This document shows positions 44,571-54,966 of a DNA stretch of 64,000 nucleotides, one piece after another (the stretch's first letter is position 1; each line of letters begins with the position of its first letter). The notes beneath the pieces were generated by a model. That model searched no databases, was not told the DNA's origin, and was given only the letters and a program-made list of their open reading frames with translations. A program made the position numbers and the translations under genes. Source of the DNA: Candidatus Latescibacterota bacterium (GTDB lineage Bacteria; Latescibacterota; UBA2968); contig OZ253501.1 in NCBI GenBank assembly GCA_965262145.1, positions 2,148,946 to 2,212,945 of the forward strand, read 5' to 3'.

Positions 44571-45944
44571 TTGCAATGGGAGGGTTCTGTGATACCTGAG
44601 TCTATTAAACATCTCAAGCGGCCTTTTTCATTTGCGGTTGTGAGTGACACGCATTTTGTGACGCGAGATTTTATCGGGCAGGCGTTTGATGCGACAAGAC
44701 CGCTCAGTACTGAGGGGTATGTGGAAAATGTGACCTATTCGCTCGCGCCAATGATGGATGCACTGCGCGATCTCAAACCGGATTTTCTAATTTTGACTGG
44801 CGATGTGGCTGAACCCCCGCTGGATCCAGAACGCCACCGCGAGAATCTCAAGGCTGCACTGGATTTTTTTGCCACATGCGATATTCCCATAGTCGTCGCT
44901 CGCGGCAATCACGATGGCACTTCGGCTTTTGATGAGGTTGTGGGGCCGCGTATTGCACAGTTTTTAGGCGAGACGCCCAAAGCGCATTATTTTTTCTTTG
45001 AGGTGGATGGTTGCCAGTTTATTATTTTGGATACGCCGTATTGGAATACCGAGCAATGTCAGTGGCTCGACGCCGTGTTGAAAGAAAATGCTTATACACC
45101 GTCCTTTTTGGTGGGGCATCATCCTATATGGCCGGTAGCACGCGCTTTTTTTTACAATCGCGATTTTCAGACGGATATGGTCAATCTTCTGTCCCAGCAC
45201 GGGATTGATGCCTATTTTTGTGGGCATTCACACAATCAAAGTATTGTGTTGCACCGCACGCCCTATTTGCCGGTATTGCAGTGTATGGGGGCTTTGGTTG
45301 GATTGTCTGACGCATCGCCGCTTCCGCTCAACCGCGTTCAGGCCCTTTTGCCCACATCCGATGATCTCATGGCTGTTTGGCCCGGATATATTGAAAATAC
45401 GGCTCCGGGATGGTTTATGGGATATGTTGCACAGGGTCAGGCGCGTGTGGAATGGCATCATATTAACCGCGGGGCGGAAGCCATGGTGCGTTGGTTTCGC
45501 CCTGGGGACATTCAGACTTTTTGGACAATGGATCCCGCGCCACCTGCCCAACTCATTGAAGCAAATTTGCGGCGTATTCGCCAGGGGATGCTCCGTTTTT
45601 GTGCCTGGGATAGTATGGGAGATGCGCGCGTATTTCTCAATGGAAATGAGATTGGCCTTTTGCCGCGTGCAGATAATTTTACGCCCAGTCGCCTGTCTTT
45701 ACCACCCAACGCGCTCGCTGGTTTGCAGATGGAAAATAAGGTGCGTATTGAACCGGCTGAGGGTAGTGAGATGACGCTTGGCAATCTGGTTCTCGAAGTG
45801 GTATTGCCCGGTGGTCGTTATGTGCGCTCGCTGGTTTTTGAAGATATTTATACGTGGTCTAACCGGTGGGATGGATATGAATATGAGACGCTGCAAAAGA
45901 TGCAACCGGGACGACCGTTAACGACGGTGTTGTCTTTCAGGTGA
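44571..45944 (+). CDS. calcineurin-like metallophosphoesterase
   Basis: Motifs DTH..., GDVAE, GNHDG and GHHP, with a C-terminal beta-rich extension. Confidence 0.65.
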   Translation: MQWEGSVIPESIKHLKRPFSFAVVSDTHFVTRDFIGQAFDATRPLSTEGYVENVTYSLAPMMDALRDLKPDFLILTGDVAEPPLDPERHRENLKAALDFFATCDIPIVVARGNHDGTSAFDEVVGPRIAQFLGETPKAHYFFFEVDGCQFIILDTPYWNTEQCQWLDAVLKENAYTPSFLVGHHPIWPVARAFFYNRDFQTDMVNLLSQHGIDAYFCGHSHNQSIVLHRTPYLPVLQCMGALVGLSDASPLPLNRVQALLPTSDDLMAVWPGYIENTAPGWFMGYVAQGQARVEWHHINRGAEAMVRWFRPGDIQTFWTMDPAPPAQLIEANLRRIRQGMLRFCAWDSMGDARVFLNGNEIGLLPRADNFTPSRLSLPPNALAGLQMENKVRIEPAEGSEMTLGNLVLEVVLPGGRYVRSLVFEDIYTWSNRWDGYEYETLQKMQPGRPLTTVLSFR

Positions 45945-47989
45945 GGATTATGACAAACACAAACAAGACCAATAGACTGATCCACGAGACCAGCCCGTAT
46001 TTATTGCAACATGCACATAATCCCGTCGCGTGGTTTCCGTGGGGGGAAGAGGCGTTTGAAAAGGCCGTTGCCGAAGACAAGCCTATTTTTTTAAGTGTGG
46101 GATATGCAGCCTGTCACTGGTGTCATGTGATGGCACACGAGTGTTTTGAAGACGAGGAAATCGCGCAGATTATGAACGCGCATTTTGTCAATGTGAAGGT
46201 CGATCGAGAAGAGCGTCCCGATGTCGATGAAATTTATATGAATGCAGTACAGGTTATGACCGGTTCCGGCGGGTGGCCTATGAGTGTGTTTTTGACACCG
46301 CAGGGCGTTCCATTTTACGGGGGCACATATTTTCCACCTCAGAGTCGGCACAATATACCGGGCTTTCCCCATGTCCTGGAATCCGTTGCCAGACATTATC
46401 GGGAAAAGGGTGAAAATGTCGCAGATGTGGCGAATCGGTTGTACGAGCACTTGCGGGCGATGGCGCATATTGATGCGTTGGCAGATGGCCTTAGTGAAGC
46501 GGATTTTGATGGTGCGTTTCAAAAGATCAGAGCGAATTTTGATTTCCAAAATGGCGGGTTTGGCACGCAGCCCAAGTTCCCCAATTCGATGAATCTCGAT
46601 GTATTTTTGCAAACTTATTTGCGTACGGGGAACGAAGAGGCACTTGCGATGGTGACATTGACGCTGGAAAAAATGGCGCGGGGAGGCATTTACGATCAAC
46701 TCGGCGGGGGATTTCACCGCTATTCTGTAGATCGCCACTGGCTGGTACCCCATTTTGAGAAGATGCTGTATGACAATGCACTGCTCTCACAGCTTTATAC
46801 GCAGACTTATCAGGTGACGAAGCAACCGCTTTTTGCGCGCATTGTTAGGTCAATTTTGGATTATACGCACCGAGAGATGACCGCACCAGAAGGCGGTTTT
46901 TATTCTACGCAAGATGCCGATAGCGAAGGGGAAGAGGGCAAATTTTTCGTGTGGACTCCGCAGGAGGTGATGGATTTATTAGGCGAAGACGATGGAGCGG
47001 CATTTTGTCGGTATTTCGATGTGACGGCGCGAGGCAATTTTGAAGATAAAAATATCCTGAATATTCCGCAGACCTACGAGGTGGATGAAGACGCAATGGC
47101 ACGCGGATGTGACTGTTTGTTTGAAAAGCGAGAAAAGCGCGTGAAACCCGGGCGCGATGAGAAAATTCAGGTGAGTTGGAATGGGCTGATGATTTCGGCT
47201 TTTGCGCAAGCGTATCGGGTGTTTGGCGATCCGGTTTATCTGAAGGGGGCGTCAGATGCAGCTCGGTTTATCGACGAGAATATGCGTACAGATCGCGGGT
47301 TGTTGTTGCACACCTATACAGATGGTCGCGCGCGTTTCAATGCCTATCAGGATGATTATGCCTGTCTGATTGTTGGGTTAATTGATCTGTACGAATCGAG
47401 TTTTGAGCCTTCTTATCTCGTTGCTGCCCGCGATTTTATGGAGGTAATGATCGATCAGTTTTGGGATCGAGAAGATGGCGGATTTTTTTATACGGGGAGA
47501 GATCACGAAGCATTGATTGTGCGTTCAAAAAATCCTTTTGACAATGCCACGCCCTCTGGCAATTCGATGGGGGCGATGGCGTTGCTGCGATTGGGAACGT
47601 TGCTGGAGCGCGAAGAATGGCGGGGTATGGCCGCCCGTATTTTGCATCTTTTTGGCAGGCATATTCAGGAGGTGCCTTCGGGTTTTGGCAATATGATTTG
47701 TGCTTTGGATCTCTATTTGCAAGGGCCAGTGGAAGTCGCTGTTTTGGGAGATCGAGAGGGGGCGGATACGGTTGCACTGCTCGATGTAGTGAATAAAACA
47801 TGGCGACCCAATGTGGTTTTATGTGGAGGAAGTGATCCCGTGTCCGATGCCATTCCACTTCTGAAAAATCGCGGCATGATCGACGGACGCGCCACAGCTT
47901 ATGTCTGTCGCAATTTTGTCTGCTCTGAACCCGTTACAGATGCCGAGGCACTGGAAAAATTACTGGATGAATCGAGTTCGGGATACTAA
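45941..47989 (+). CDS. thioredoxin-domain protein YyaL/DUF255 with six-hairpin glycosidase-like domain
   Basis: [22 protein letters not shown]...[11 protein letters not shown] is the YyaL signature. Overlaps the upstream gene by 4 nt. Confidence 0.85.
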   Translation: MRIMTNTNKTNRLIHETSPYLLQHAHNPVAWFPWGEEAFEKAVAEDKPIFLSVGYAACHWCHVMAHECFEDEEIAQIMNAHFVNVKVDREERPDVDEIYMNAVQVMTGSGGWPMSVFLTPQGVPFYGGTYFPPQSRHNIPGFPHVLESVARHYREKGENVADVANRLYEHLRAMAHIDALADGLSEADFDGAFQKIRANFDFQNGGFGTQPKFPNSMNLDVFLQTYLRTGNEEALAMVTLTLEKMARGGIYDQLGGGFHRYSVDRHWLVPHFEKMLYDNALLSQLYTQTYQVTKQPLFARIVRSILDYTHREMTAPEGGFYSTQDADSEGEEGKFFVWTPQEVMDLLGEDDGAAFCRYFDVTARGNFEDKNILNIPQTYEVDEDAMARGCDCLFEKREKRVKPGRDEKIQVSWNGLMISAFAQAYRVFGDPVYLKGASDAARFIDENMRTDRGLLLHTYTDGRARFNAYQDDYACLIVGLIDLYESSFEPSYLVAARDFMEVMIDQFWDREDGGFFYTGRDHEALIVRSKNPFDNATPSGNSMGAMALLRLGTLLEREEWRGMAARILHLFGRHIQEVPSGFGNMICALDLYLQGPVEVAVLGDREGADTVALLDVVNKTWRPNVVLCGGSDPVSDAIPLLKNRGMIDGRATAYVCRNFVCSEPVTDAEALEKLLDESSSGY

Positions 47990-48029
47990 TTTGAACGGAG
48001 GCGTTAACAATCTAACAGCTAAATCCTAA

Positions 48030-48590
48030 ATGAAAGGATATGTTATGGCAGATGTTTTGATTATAGGCGATGGACCTGCGGGGTTGAGTGCCGCGTTGTT
48101 TTTGGCAAAGAATGGTCAAAATGTGACGGTGTTTGGGCAAGACGGGACGCCGATGCACAAGGCTATGCTCTACAATTATCTGGGCATTCCCGAGATAACG
48201 GGCAGTGAGTTTCAGCGGGTAGGTCGAGCGCAGGTCCAGAATTTGGGTGGCAAAATTGAGGATGTAGAAGTGACCGATGCTGAAAAGACCGATGGCGGTT
48301 TTGCGGTTACAACGGCGGATGGAGATCGAAAAGAGGGGAAATATCTCATTTTAGCCACCGGCACAAATACCAAATTGGCCGAAGGTCTGAGCCTGGCTAA
48401 GGAGAACAAGGGTATTGTTGCCGATGGAGATGGCCGCACTTCGGTTGAAGGGCTTTTTGCGGTGGGTTGGAATACGCGCCTTATCCGCACACAGGGGATT
48501 ATTTCCGCCGGGCAAGGCGCCGCAACTGCGCTGGAAATTTTATCGCTCGAAGCCGGTGAAGATTTCCATGACTTTGATGTTGTTGAATAA
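48030..48590 (+). CDS. short FAD-dependent oxidoreductase, thioredoxin-reductase-like without an NAD(P)H domain
   Basis: VLIIGDGPAGLSAALFLAKNG (FAD GxGxxG) and a C-terminal ...GLFAVGWN...GQGAATALEIL, but only 186 aa. Confidence 0.55.
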   Translation: MKGYVMADVLIIGDGPAGLSAALFLAKNGQNVTVFGQDGTPMHKAMLYNYLGIPEITGSEFQRVGRAQVQNLGGKIEDVEVTDAEKTDGGFAVTTADGDRKEGKYLILATGTNTKLAEGLSLAKENKGIVADGDGRTSVEGLFAVGWNTRLIRTQGIISAGQGAATALEILSLEAGEDFHDFDVVE

Positions 48591-48609
48591 GGTGAAATAA
48601 ATTTCTCCG

Positions 48610-48665
48610 GGAGGTTCCATGCATGCCCTATACAGACAGACGGGCATCTGGAACCTCCTTTTTTA
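48610..48665 (+). terminator. strong Rho-independent terminator
   Basis: 10-bp stem ggaggttcca / tggaacctcc with an inner atgccc/gggcat stem, then TTTTTT. It lies inside the ORF-track N-terminal extension of the next small gene, supporting the later start. Confidence 0.7.
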
Positions 48666-48706
48666 TCCTGAATAATCGGGACCAAGAATGGAATGGAGGA
48701 ACTGGT

Positions 48707-48904
48707 ATGGCTGGACAAGGTTCAGGCGGCAATGTTTTGGCAGCTTTGTGTAGCTTTTTTATCCCGGGTTTGGGCCAGTTGCTTCAGGGACGTTTGCTCA
48801 TTGCCCTTTTCCAATTTGTTCTGGCGGCCATCCTGTGGTTTATATGGATGGGCTGGTTGATCCATATTTGGTCGGTTTTGAACGCGGCTCGGTGGAGACC
48901 ATGA
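48707..48904 (+). CDS. small membrane protein (65 aa, two TM; TM2/YIP-like GLGQ motif)
   Basis: GGAGG lies before the ATG at 48707; sequence MAGQGSGGNVLAALCSFFIPGLGQLLQGR... Confidence 0.5.
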   Translation: MAGQGSGGNVLAALCSFFIPGLGQLLQGRLLIALFQFVLAAILWFIWMGWLIHIWSVLNAARWRP

Positions 48905-48922
48905 GATTAAGAGGAACTCCAG

Positions 48923-50032
48923 ATGAAAATTGATGCCGCGGAAATTCGATATGTCGAGTTGCCACTGATTTCGCCGTGGCGCACGGCTTATGGTGAGGAT
49001 GCGACGATTCATTCGGTGATGGTTAAACTTTCGGGTGGAGGAACTGCGGCCTGGGGTGAGGCTACGCCGTTTTATGCGCCGACCTATTCGCCGGAGTCAG
49101 CCCGATCTGTTTATGAGACGGCGCGGGAGTTTTTTTTGCCGCATCTGGTGGGAGAGCAAATAGAGACTGCTGCGGAAATGATGGCGCGGATTTCGGTGTT
49201 TAAGGGCAATCCCTTTGCCAAAGCGGCTGTGGAGACCGCGTGGTGGGCATTGGATAGCAAGTTGAAGGGCATACCACTCTGGCAGTCGCTGGGTGCGACT
49301 GATCCAACGGTGGCATGTGGTGCTGATTTTGGTGTGCAGGATACAATTGACGAACTTTTATCGCTGATCCAGGGTGCTGTGGCTGCGGGGTATCCGCGGA
49401 TAAAGCTGAAGGTACGACACGGATGGGATATCGAGATGCTCAAAGCCGTGCGCTCGGCTTTTCCCGATCCCGTGATTCATGTGGATTGCAATTCGGGATA
49501 TGATTTGAGCACGGATTTTGATACGCTCAAGGCATTTGACCAATTCAATTTGGCTATGATCGAACAGCCATTGGATCATCTGGATCTGATCGAGCACGCG
49601 GAGTTGCAAAGCCAAATTGAAACGCCCGTGTGTTTGGATGAGTCGGTCAAACGCCCCCGGGATTTTGAACTCGCTTTGAAGATTGGCGCATGTCGCGTGA
49701 TCAATGTAAAACCCGGTCGTGTGGGTGGCTTGTTGAATGCCGTGAAAATTCACGACATGGCGTGCGATGCGGGCATGGATGCGTGGGTGGGCGGGATGTT
49801 GGAGAGCGGTGTTGGTGCCGGGATTTGTGCGGCGTTGGGTACGTTGCCGGGATTTAACTATCCAGCAGATGTGTTTCCATCCCGCAAGTTTTACGTTGAA
49901 GATATTACAGATCGGTGGATTGAGCAGGATGAGAATTGCAATGTGGTGCTGGATAACACGCCCGGCGTTGGGTTCGATCCGATTCCCGAACGTCTGGAGA
50001 AGGTGACGGTTATGAAGGCGGTTGTAAAATAG
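48923..50032 (+). CDS. enolase-superfamily enzyme (o-succinylbenzoate synthase / dipeptide epimerase-like)
   Basis: MKIDAAEIRYVELPLISPW... followed by KLKV and D-x-N...E...D metal-ligand spacing typical of the MR/MLE subgroup. Confidence 0.75.
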   Translation: MKIDAAEIRYVELPLISPWRTAYGEDATIHSVMVKLSGGGTAAWGEATPFYAPTYSPESARSVYETAREFFLPHLVGEQIETAAEMMARISVFKGNPFAKAAVETAWWALDSKLKGIPLWQSLGATDPTVACGADFGVQDTIDELLSLIQGAVAAGYPRIKLKVRHGWDIEMLKAVRSAFPDPVIHVDCNSGYDLSTDFDTLKAFDQFNLAMIEQPLDHLDLIEHAELQSQIETPVCLDESVKRPRDFELALKIGACRVINVKPGRVGGLLNAVKIHDMACDAGMDAWVGGMLESGVGAGICAALGTLPGFNYPADVFPSRKFYVEDITDRWIEQDENCNVVLDNTPGVGFDPIPERLEKVTVMKAVVK

Positions 50033-50044
50033 TGGTAGCGGCTT

Positions 50045-50299
50045 TCACGGTTCAACTAACTCCTTTTCTACAATTTTTCCTTCTCTAACTTCGGCAATTG
50101 ACTGGCGCAAATGATCTGCATTGACAGGATTTGAAAGCAGGTACAGGGTTTCCTGCCAGGAATTAAATTCTTCCAAAGATAGGAGGACGACTTTCTGACT
50201 TCCCTCCCCACAAATAATCATCGGTTCAGCATCGGCTGTAACGCGCTCAATGACGCGCCCCAGATCATTTTTTGCTTCATTTACAGTGATGGCATTCAT
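50045..50299 (-). CDS. Phd/YefM-family type II antitoxin (orphan)
   Basis: MNAITVNEAKNDLGRVIERV...EPMIICGEGSQKVVLLSLEEFNSWQETLYLLSNP. Start placed at the internal Met. No toxin ORF is downstream. Confidence 0.65.
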   Translation of the reverse strand: MNAITVNEAKNDLGRVIERVTADAEPMIICGEGSQKVVLLSLEEFNSWQETLYLLSNPVNADHLRQSIAEVREGKIVEKELVEP

Positions 50300-50402
50300 A
50301 GATAACCGCCTCGAGTTAAAAAATTCGAAAATTTTTTCTGCACAAAATATACTGTAATTGCAACACTCGGTCAATCCGGTTAGATTGGCTTCTTGGTTCA
50401 TT

Positions 50403-50722
50403 ATCCTTTAAGCGGGCGCAAATTTGCTCTCTATTGATTCTACGGTGACAGATACGGTGAGTGTGTGTTGACCTCCGCCCAGGACCACGCCTTTGAGGGG
50501 GGTGACATCGGCAAAGTCGCGGCCCTAGGCCACGGTGATATGTCGGTCATCGGGCAGGAGGTTGTTGGTTGGGTCAAAGTCGATCCAGCCGTGATTGGGC
50601 AGGTACACAGAGAACCAGGCGTGGGAGGCATCCGCGCCAATCAGGTGTTCTTTGTCGGGGGTGGGCTGGGTCTCGAGGTAGCCGCTCGGATGCGGTAGCG
50701 ACTTTGGGAGAATCGAGTACAA
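50403..50722 (-). pseudogene. transglutaminase-like cysteine protease remnant with in-frame TAG
   Basis: ...ADASHAWFSVYLPNHGWIDFDPTNNLLPDDRHITVA-TAG-GRDFADVTPLKGVVLGGGQHT. The TAG (revcomp of 50525-50527) replaces the conserved Arg of the HIxLARGRD(Y/F)ADV motif. The Cys-containing N-terminal half is missing. Confidence 0.6.
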
Positions 50723-51192
50723 ATTGGTGCACAGAGAGGCGATTGGGACCGTTTTTGAGGATGTGGCGCACAGTTTCCCAGGGCATATCGCTGGTCAGTA
50801 TAGGCCGAGTTGTAGATGCCGGGGGTGAGTAAAACAACCGTTGGCCATGTGACATGAGGAGGAGCCAAAGAGCGCAATGTGTTGAGCAATTGAGCGGGAT
50901 AGTCATCGACGTGTCGCACATGAGAAGCTTCAAATACGATTGGGAATATGCGTTTGAGAACCTCGCGATTTTCAAGCACATAAGACACGCCAGAAGGACA
51001 ACGCAGGTTGTCTTCGAGGATGTAAAACTGGCCGTCTTTATCGCGCACGATGTCAATGCCGGAAATGTGACACCACACATCTTTGGGTGAACGACGGATC
51101 GGGGTTTTAGGAGATGAGCAGGAGGAAAGGCGGGAGGTATCCGCAGATGGATCGTCACATCTCACCACCATTGCATTGACCACGTACTGCAA
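50641..51192 (-). pseudogene. 5'-truncated, frameshifted remnant of a circularly permuted ATP-grasp protein
   Basis: [43 protein letters not shown]...[15 protein letters not shown] matches CP-ATP-grasp core motifs, but ~300 N-terminal residues are absent and the frame is lost after ...NSAY. Other frames overlap. Confidence 0.5.
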
Positions 51193-51254
51193 TTGCAGTA
51201 TATTTTCTATTACTTGTCTTTTACTTTAGGCCATTATTTTGAGGAGGTATGGTT

Positions 51255-53102
51255 ATGGCTATCGCTACTCAAAGTTTCCAAGATCGACTCATGGACGGGG
51301 ATATGACCCTGGATGTTTCTCCGGAGGTGGATCCGAGCAATCTGGTGTATTACAAATTGTGCTCTGCTGATGATTTTGAAGAAGGCGAAGGGAAGCCGTT
51401 TACGGTGGAGGGCACCCACATCGCCGTTTTCCGCTACGAGGGGAGGTTCAATGCGGTGGACAACCGGTGTCCGCACATGGGATATCCGATGTCCGAGGGC
51501 AGCGTTCGGGACGGGGTCCTAATCTGTCACTGGCACCACTGGGAGTTCGACCTTAAGACGGGCGGCTGTTTCATAACCTCCGGAGCTGGAAACGATCTGA
51601 AGAGCTTTCCCGTGGAGGTGCGGGACGACGGGTGTCTGTACGTGGGGCTTACGCCGGGCGAAAAAGAGGCGGCCAGACGCCGGCGGATTGACCGGGGGAA
51701 GTATATTCTTGAGCAGGGTCTGAAAGATCGGAGCTCGCTCCTGATTGCCAAGGCGATTACCGCGCTAAGGGCTGTGGGCGCCACGCCGCAGGAGATGATC
51801 CAGCAGGGACTTTTTTACGGGGCATATAAATCGAATGAGGGTTGGTCATCGGGGGTGGCCATTTTGACGCTGGCTGCAAATATGTGGGAAGATGTGGACG
51901 AGAAGGACCACAATCTTTTCTTGGTCCACGGGCTGACGCAGATTTCCAGACGCACATCAGGAGGTTCGCGGCGGCAGGGTTTCTCTTTGCCCAAAACATC
52001 GGACGAACCGGACTTGGCGACCCTCAAACGCTGGTTCCGGCGGCTGGTGGACCAGCGCAGCAGCAGCGCTGCACAGCGCATTCTGATGACCCTGTACGAC
52101 CGTGGATATTCACCAGAAGATATTGCGGATATCGTTTTTACCACGGCGACGGATTTCTATTTTACCGGGGACGGTCATGCGCTCGATTTCGCGAATAAGA
52201 TGTTCGAGGCCTTAGATTATGTGGACTGGGAAGGGGCGAATGAGATTTTGCGACCGATTGTGGTGGACTTAGTGGGCAGGGAACGACACGAGGAGACCGC
52301 CCGGTGGGAAGATAGCGTGCCGGTCTTGGAAGATATTTTCACCCGTCTGGACGAGATATGGGAAGCGAACCAGGAGAACGAGGCATCGCTGGATATTTCT
52401 GCTTTTACGCAGACGCTGCTGGGGGAGGAGTTCGAGCCGATTGTCGCCGAGATCGAAGACAAATTGCGCGAGGGTGTGAAGCCCACGGATATCTGCCGGG
52501 CGATGACCTATGCCGGGGCCATCCGCACGGCGCGGTTCCACCTCAAGAACGAGGGGGACTGGCACGATGTGGCGAATATTTACTCTTACGCCCATGCCCT
52601 CTATCGCGCTTTCCACCGGGCGCCGAGCGAAGAGCTTTTGCGCGGTATTTTTCACGGTGCTGTGTTTATGACCTATTTGCGCTGGCTCAACATGCCAGCG
52701 GCCCGCCTGCCCAGGGAAGGACAGCGGCTGGACGAGACGTTCGTGGCTGAGGACAAGATGTTGGACCGGCTACAGGAGTTTGCGGATTTCCAGAAGGTCT
52801 TCGAGGCTGAGGTGCTGGTAAGCCAGTACCTGGAGGAAGGATACGATATCGCGAAGCTCAGGCATACTTTGGCCCATATTATGCTGCGCGAGGATGCGGA
52901 GCTGCACATGTTCCAGGTGCTGGAGGTGGCGTTCCGGCACTACGACCTGTCGGACGATCCGAAGGAGAAGCGTATGCACCTGCTGGCGGCGACCCGGTAT
53001 ATTACCGCCCAGAAGGTGATGAAGGGGATTCTGTGGTCCACGGAGAACGCGGAGCGGCTGCAGCGCGGGGAACTGCTAAGCGAGCGGGATGATGATAATT
53101 AG
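51255..53102 (+). CDS. Rieske [2Fe-2S] domain protein fused to a ~480-aa uncharacterised alpha-helical domain
   Basis: CPHMGYPMSEG...CHWHHWEF is the Rieske CxH...CxxH motif. GGAGG lies 8 nt before the ATG at 51255. The C-terminal part has no catalytic-iron motif that I recognise. Confidence 0.7.
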   Translation: MAIATQSFQDRLMDGDMTLDVSPEVDPSNLVYYKLCSADDFEEGEGKPFTVEGTHIAVFRYEGRFNAVDNRCPHMGYPMSEGSVRDGVLICHWHHWEFDLKTGGCFITSGAGNDLKSFPVEVRDDGCLYVGLTPGEKEAARRRRIDRGKYILEQGLKDRSSLLIAKAITALRAVGATPQEMIQQGLFYGAYKSNEGWSSGVAILTLAANMWEDVDEKDHNLFLVHGLTQISRRTSGGSRRQGFSLPKTSDEPDLATLKRWFRRLVDQRSSSAAQRILMTLYDRGYSPEDIADIVFTTATDFYFTGDGHALDFANKMFEALDYVDWEGANEILRPIVVDLVGRERHEETARWEDSVPVLEDIFTRLDEIWEANQENEASLDISAFTQTLLGEEFEPIVAEIEDKLREGVKPTDICRAMTYAGAIRTARFHLKNEGDWHDVANIYSYAHALYRAFHRAPSEELLRGIFHGAVFMTYLRWLNMPAARLPREGQRLDETFVAEDKMLDRLQEFADFQKVFEAEVLVSQYLEEGYDIAKLRHTLAHIMLREDAELHMFQVLEVAFRHYDLSDDPKEKRMHLLAATRYITAQKVMKGILWSTENAERLQRGELLSERDDDN

Positions 53103-53136
53103 GACAGGGGCCAAGTGAAGGCAGAGGGTTGAACAG

Positions 53137-53172
53137 GCAGTAGCAGGCAACATCCTGCTACTGCTTTTTTTT
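53137..53172. terminator. bidirectional Rho-independent terminator
   Basis: Perfect 11-bp stem gcagtagcagg / cctgctactgc followed by TTTTTTTT; lies between convergent genes. Confidence 0.7.
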
Positions 53173-53180
53173 GTGCATCA

Positions 53181-54176
53181 CTATCTGATCGCTAAAAATT
53201 CCCCACCTTTTTTCGCCGATTCCTCGGCTGTAATGCAGGCATTGGCAACGGCGAGGGTATCGTCTGTTGAGATGACGTTTTCTTCGCCGCGCGAGAGTGC
53301 ATTGATCATATTTTCAACAAATGCGTGATTGGTCGAGGATGGAAGTTCGGGTTCGTAAGTGCCCGATTTGTTGGAGACAATGAGCACATGGTCGTCGGCA
53401 TAGGCGCGCAAGTGTGCCGAGCCTTCAGTGCCCATAATAATGAATCGCGTATCGCCAAAAGATCGCGCATCTTTGGGGGTGAGCCAATCGGCAGTGGCGG
53501 TGGCAAGTGCGCCATTGTCGAGTTGAAACGACGCCTGGACATGATCAAATGTGAGGCCAGAGCCAATGTGCTTTTTGAGTGTGCCGAGCGCGTGAACACC
53601 CGTGTATTCTGCGCCGGTGAGCCAGCGGACTTGATCCACGCCATGGCCTGCCAGGTCGTGGAATGTGCCCACATATTTGTCTGCATCGAAGTAGAGCGCG
53701 GGGGGGGTGGCGCCGAGTTTGTGCGGATGCGTGGTGATAAGGCTCACGAGGTCACCCAAATCGCCGTTTTGAATCGCCTGTCTCAAGGCGATAAAAGCCC
53801 CATAACTGCGAGACGTAAAAAATGTGGAGAGTTTGATATTGTTCTTTTTTATAGCCGTTTTGATCCGTTGCAACTCCTCCCGAGTTCGGCAGAGCGGTTT
53901 GTCGAGTAGCATGTGGACGCCGGCCGCCGCGCACGTTTCAATGACGCGCGCTTTTTCGTGGTGTGCGAGGCCCTCGATTACCAGGTCGGGTTTTGCTTTT
54001 TCGAGCATCAGATCGAGTGTGGCAAATCGGGTGATATTGTGATCTGCGGTATATTTTTCATAAAGTGCGTCATCGGATTCTACAATGCCGACAATTTCGC
54101 CATTTGGCGCGCTGGCAGCCGAGTGAAACATACCGCCTATATGTCCGTAGTGCATGCCCATAATACCGATTTTCAT
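53181..54176 (-). CDS. Gfo/Idh/MocA family oxidoreductase
   Basis: MKIGIMGMHYGHIG... Rossmann N-terminus and the characteristic C-terminal dimerisation domain. Confidence 0.8.
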   Translation of the reverse strand: MKIGIMGMHYGHIGGMFHSAASAPNGEIVGIVESDDALYEKYTADHNITRFATLDLMLEKAKPDLVIEGLAHHEKARVIETCAAAGVHMLLDKPLCRTREELQRIKTAIKKNNIKLSTFFTSRSYGAFIALRQAIQNGDLGDLVSLITTHPHKLGATPPALYFDADKYVGTFHDLAGHGVDQVRWLTGAEYTGVHALGTLKKHIGSGLTFDHVQASFQLDNGALATATADWLTPKDARSFGDTRFIIMGTEGSAHLRAYADDHVLIVSNKSGTYEPELPSSTNHAFVENMINALSRGEENVISTDDTLAVANACITAEESAKKGGEFLAIR

Positions 54177-54189
54177 AATAGCATCCTTC

Positions 54190-54966
54190 CTACGCCCGCC
54201 ATCTGCGCGATTCGAGCACCGTATGTGTTAAAAAGAGAAAAAAAGCCGCCGCACTTATAAAAAATACCACGTCGTGCGTATCGACAACGCCATGAATCAT
54301 GTCTCGGGTGTGTTCTATCAGGGAAAGAAATTTCAGAATGACAAAAAATATGTCGCCGGCAAAACGCGCGGCCCAGTCGATGATCCACAACAGAATTAAA
54401 AAGAAAAAAGACAGCACAGCAGCAATAATCTGATTCTCAGTCAAAGACGAAGCCAAAATGCCCACACTGATAAATGTGGCACCAATCAGCACCACAGCCA
54501 GCGCACCGGAAAATATGGGCCCCCAATCCAATTGCGCGTACATAGACAATACGCAAATATAGCCGAAGGCCATCACTTCGATAAGCAAATACAAGACATA
54601 ACACGCGAGAAATTTGCCTATCAAAATTTGTGCCGAAGTAATGGGCGAAGTCATCAGCAACTCATACGTGCCCCCGCGTTTTTCCTCGGCGTAGAGACGC
54701 ATTGTGAGCATTGGAATCACAATCATCCAGATAAAAATCTGAAAGTCAAAAAATGACGTGATAACTTCTGTATTGACATTTAGCTGAAGTTTTTCCGCGC
54801 GTTCTGCCAATTTTAGATACACGCTCATATCGTGAAATTCGAGCAATTGGTTACGAAACACAAAGCCGCTAAACAACAAAAAGACGCCAGCCATCACATA
54901 AGCAATTGGCGAGCCAAAGTACGACCGCATCTCTTTGCCAAAAATTGCCATAGTACTGCCCATCAC
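54190..54966 (-). CDS. ABC-2 type exporter permease
   Basis: Six TM segments and the ABC-2 family pattern. Overlaps the ATPase gene by 4 nt. Confidence 0.7.
   Translation of the reverse strand: MMGSTMAIFGKEMRSYFGSPIAYVMAGVFLLFSGFVFRNQLLEFHDMSVYLKLAERAEKLQLNVNTEVITSFFDFQIFIWMIVIPMLTMRLYAEEKRGGTYELLMTSPITSAQILIGKFLACYVLYLLIEVMAFGYICVLSMYAQLDWGPIFSGALAVVLIGATFISVGILASSLTENQIIAAVLSFFFLILLWIIDWAARFAGDIFFVILKFLSLIEHTRDMIHGVVDTHDVVFFISAAAFFLFLTHTVLESRRWRA

Noticed and set aside
50525-50527. Hypothesis that in-frame TAG codons (transglutaminase remnant; ATPase C-terminus) indicate amber-codon reassignment
   Set aside because: TAG is used as an ordinary stop codon by well-conserved genes in the same window (e.g. 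uxuA at 3672-3674, ATPase at 17103-17105). The transglutaminase gene has additional lesions (missing N-terminal half), so it is a pseudogene rather than a recoding event.
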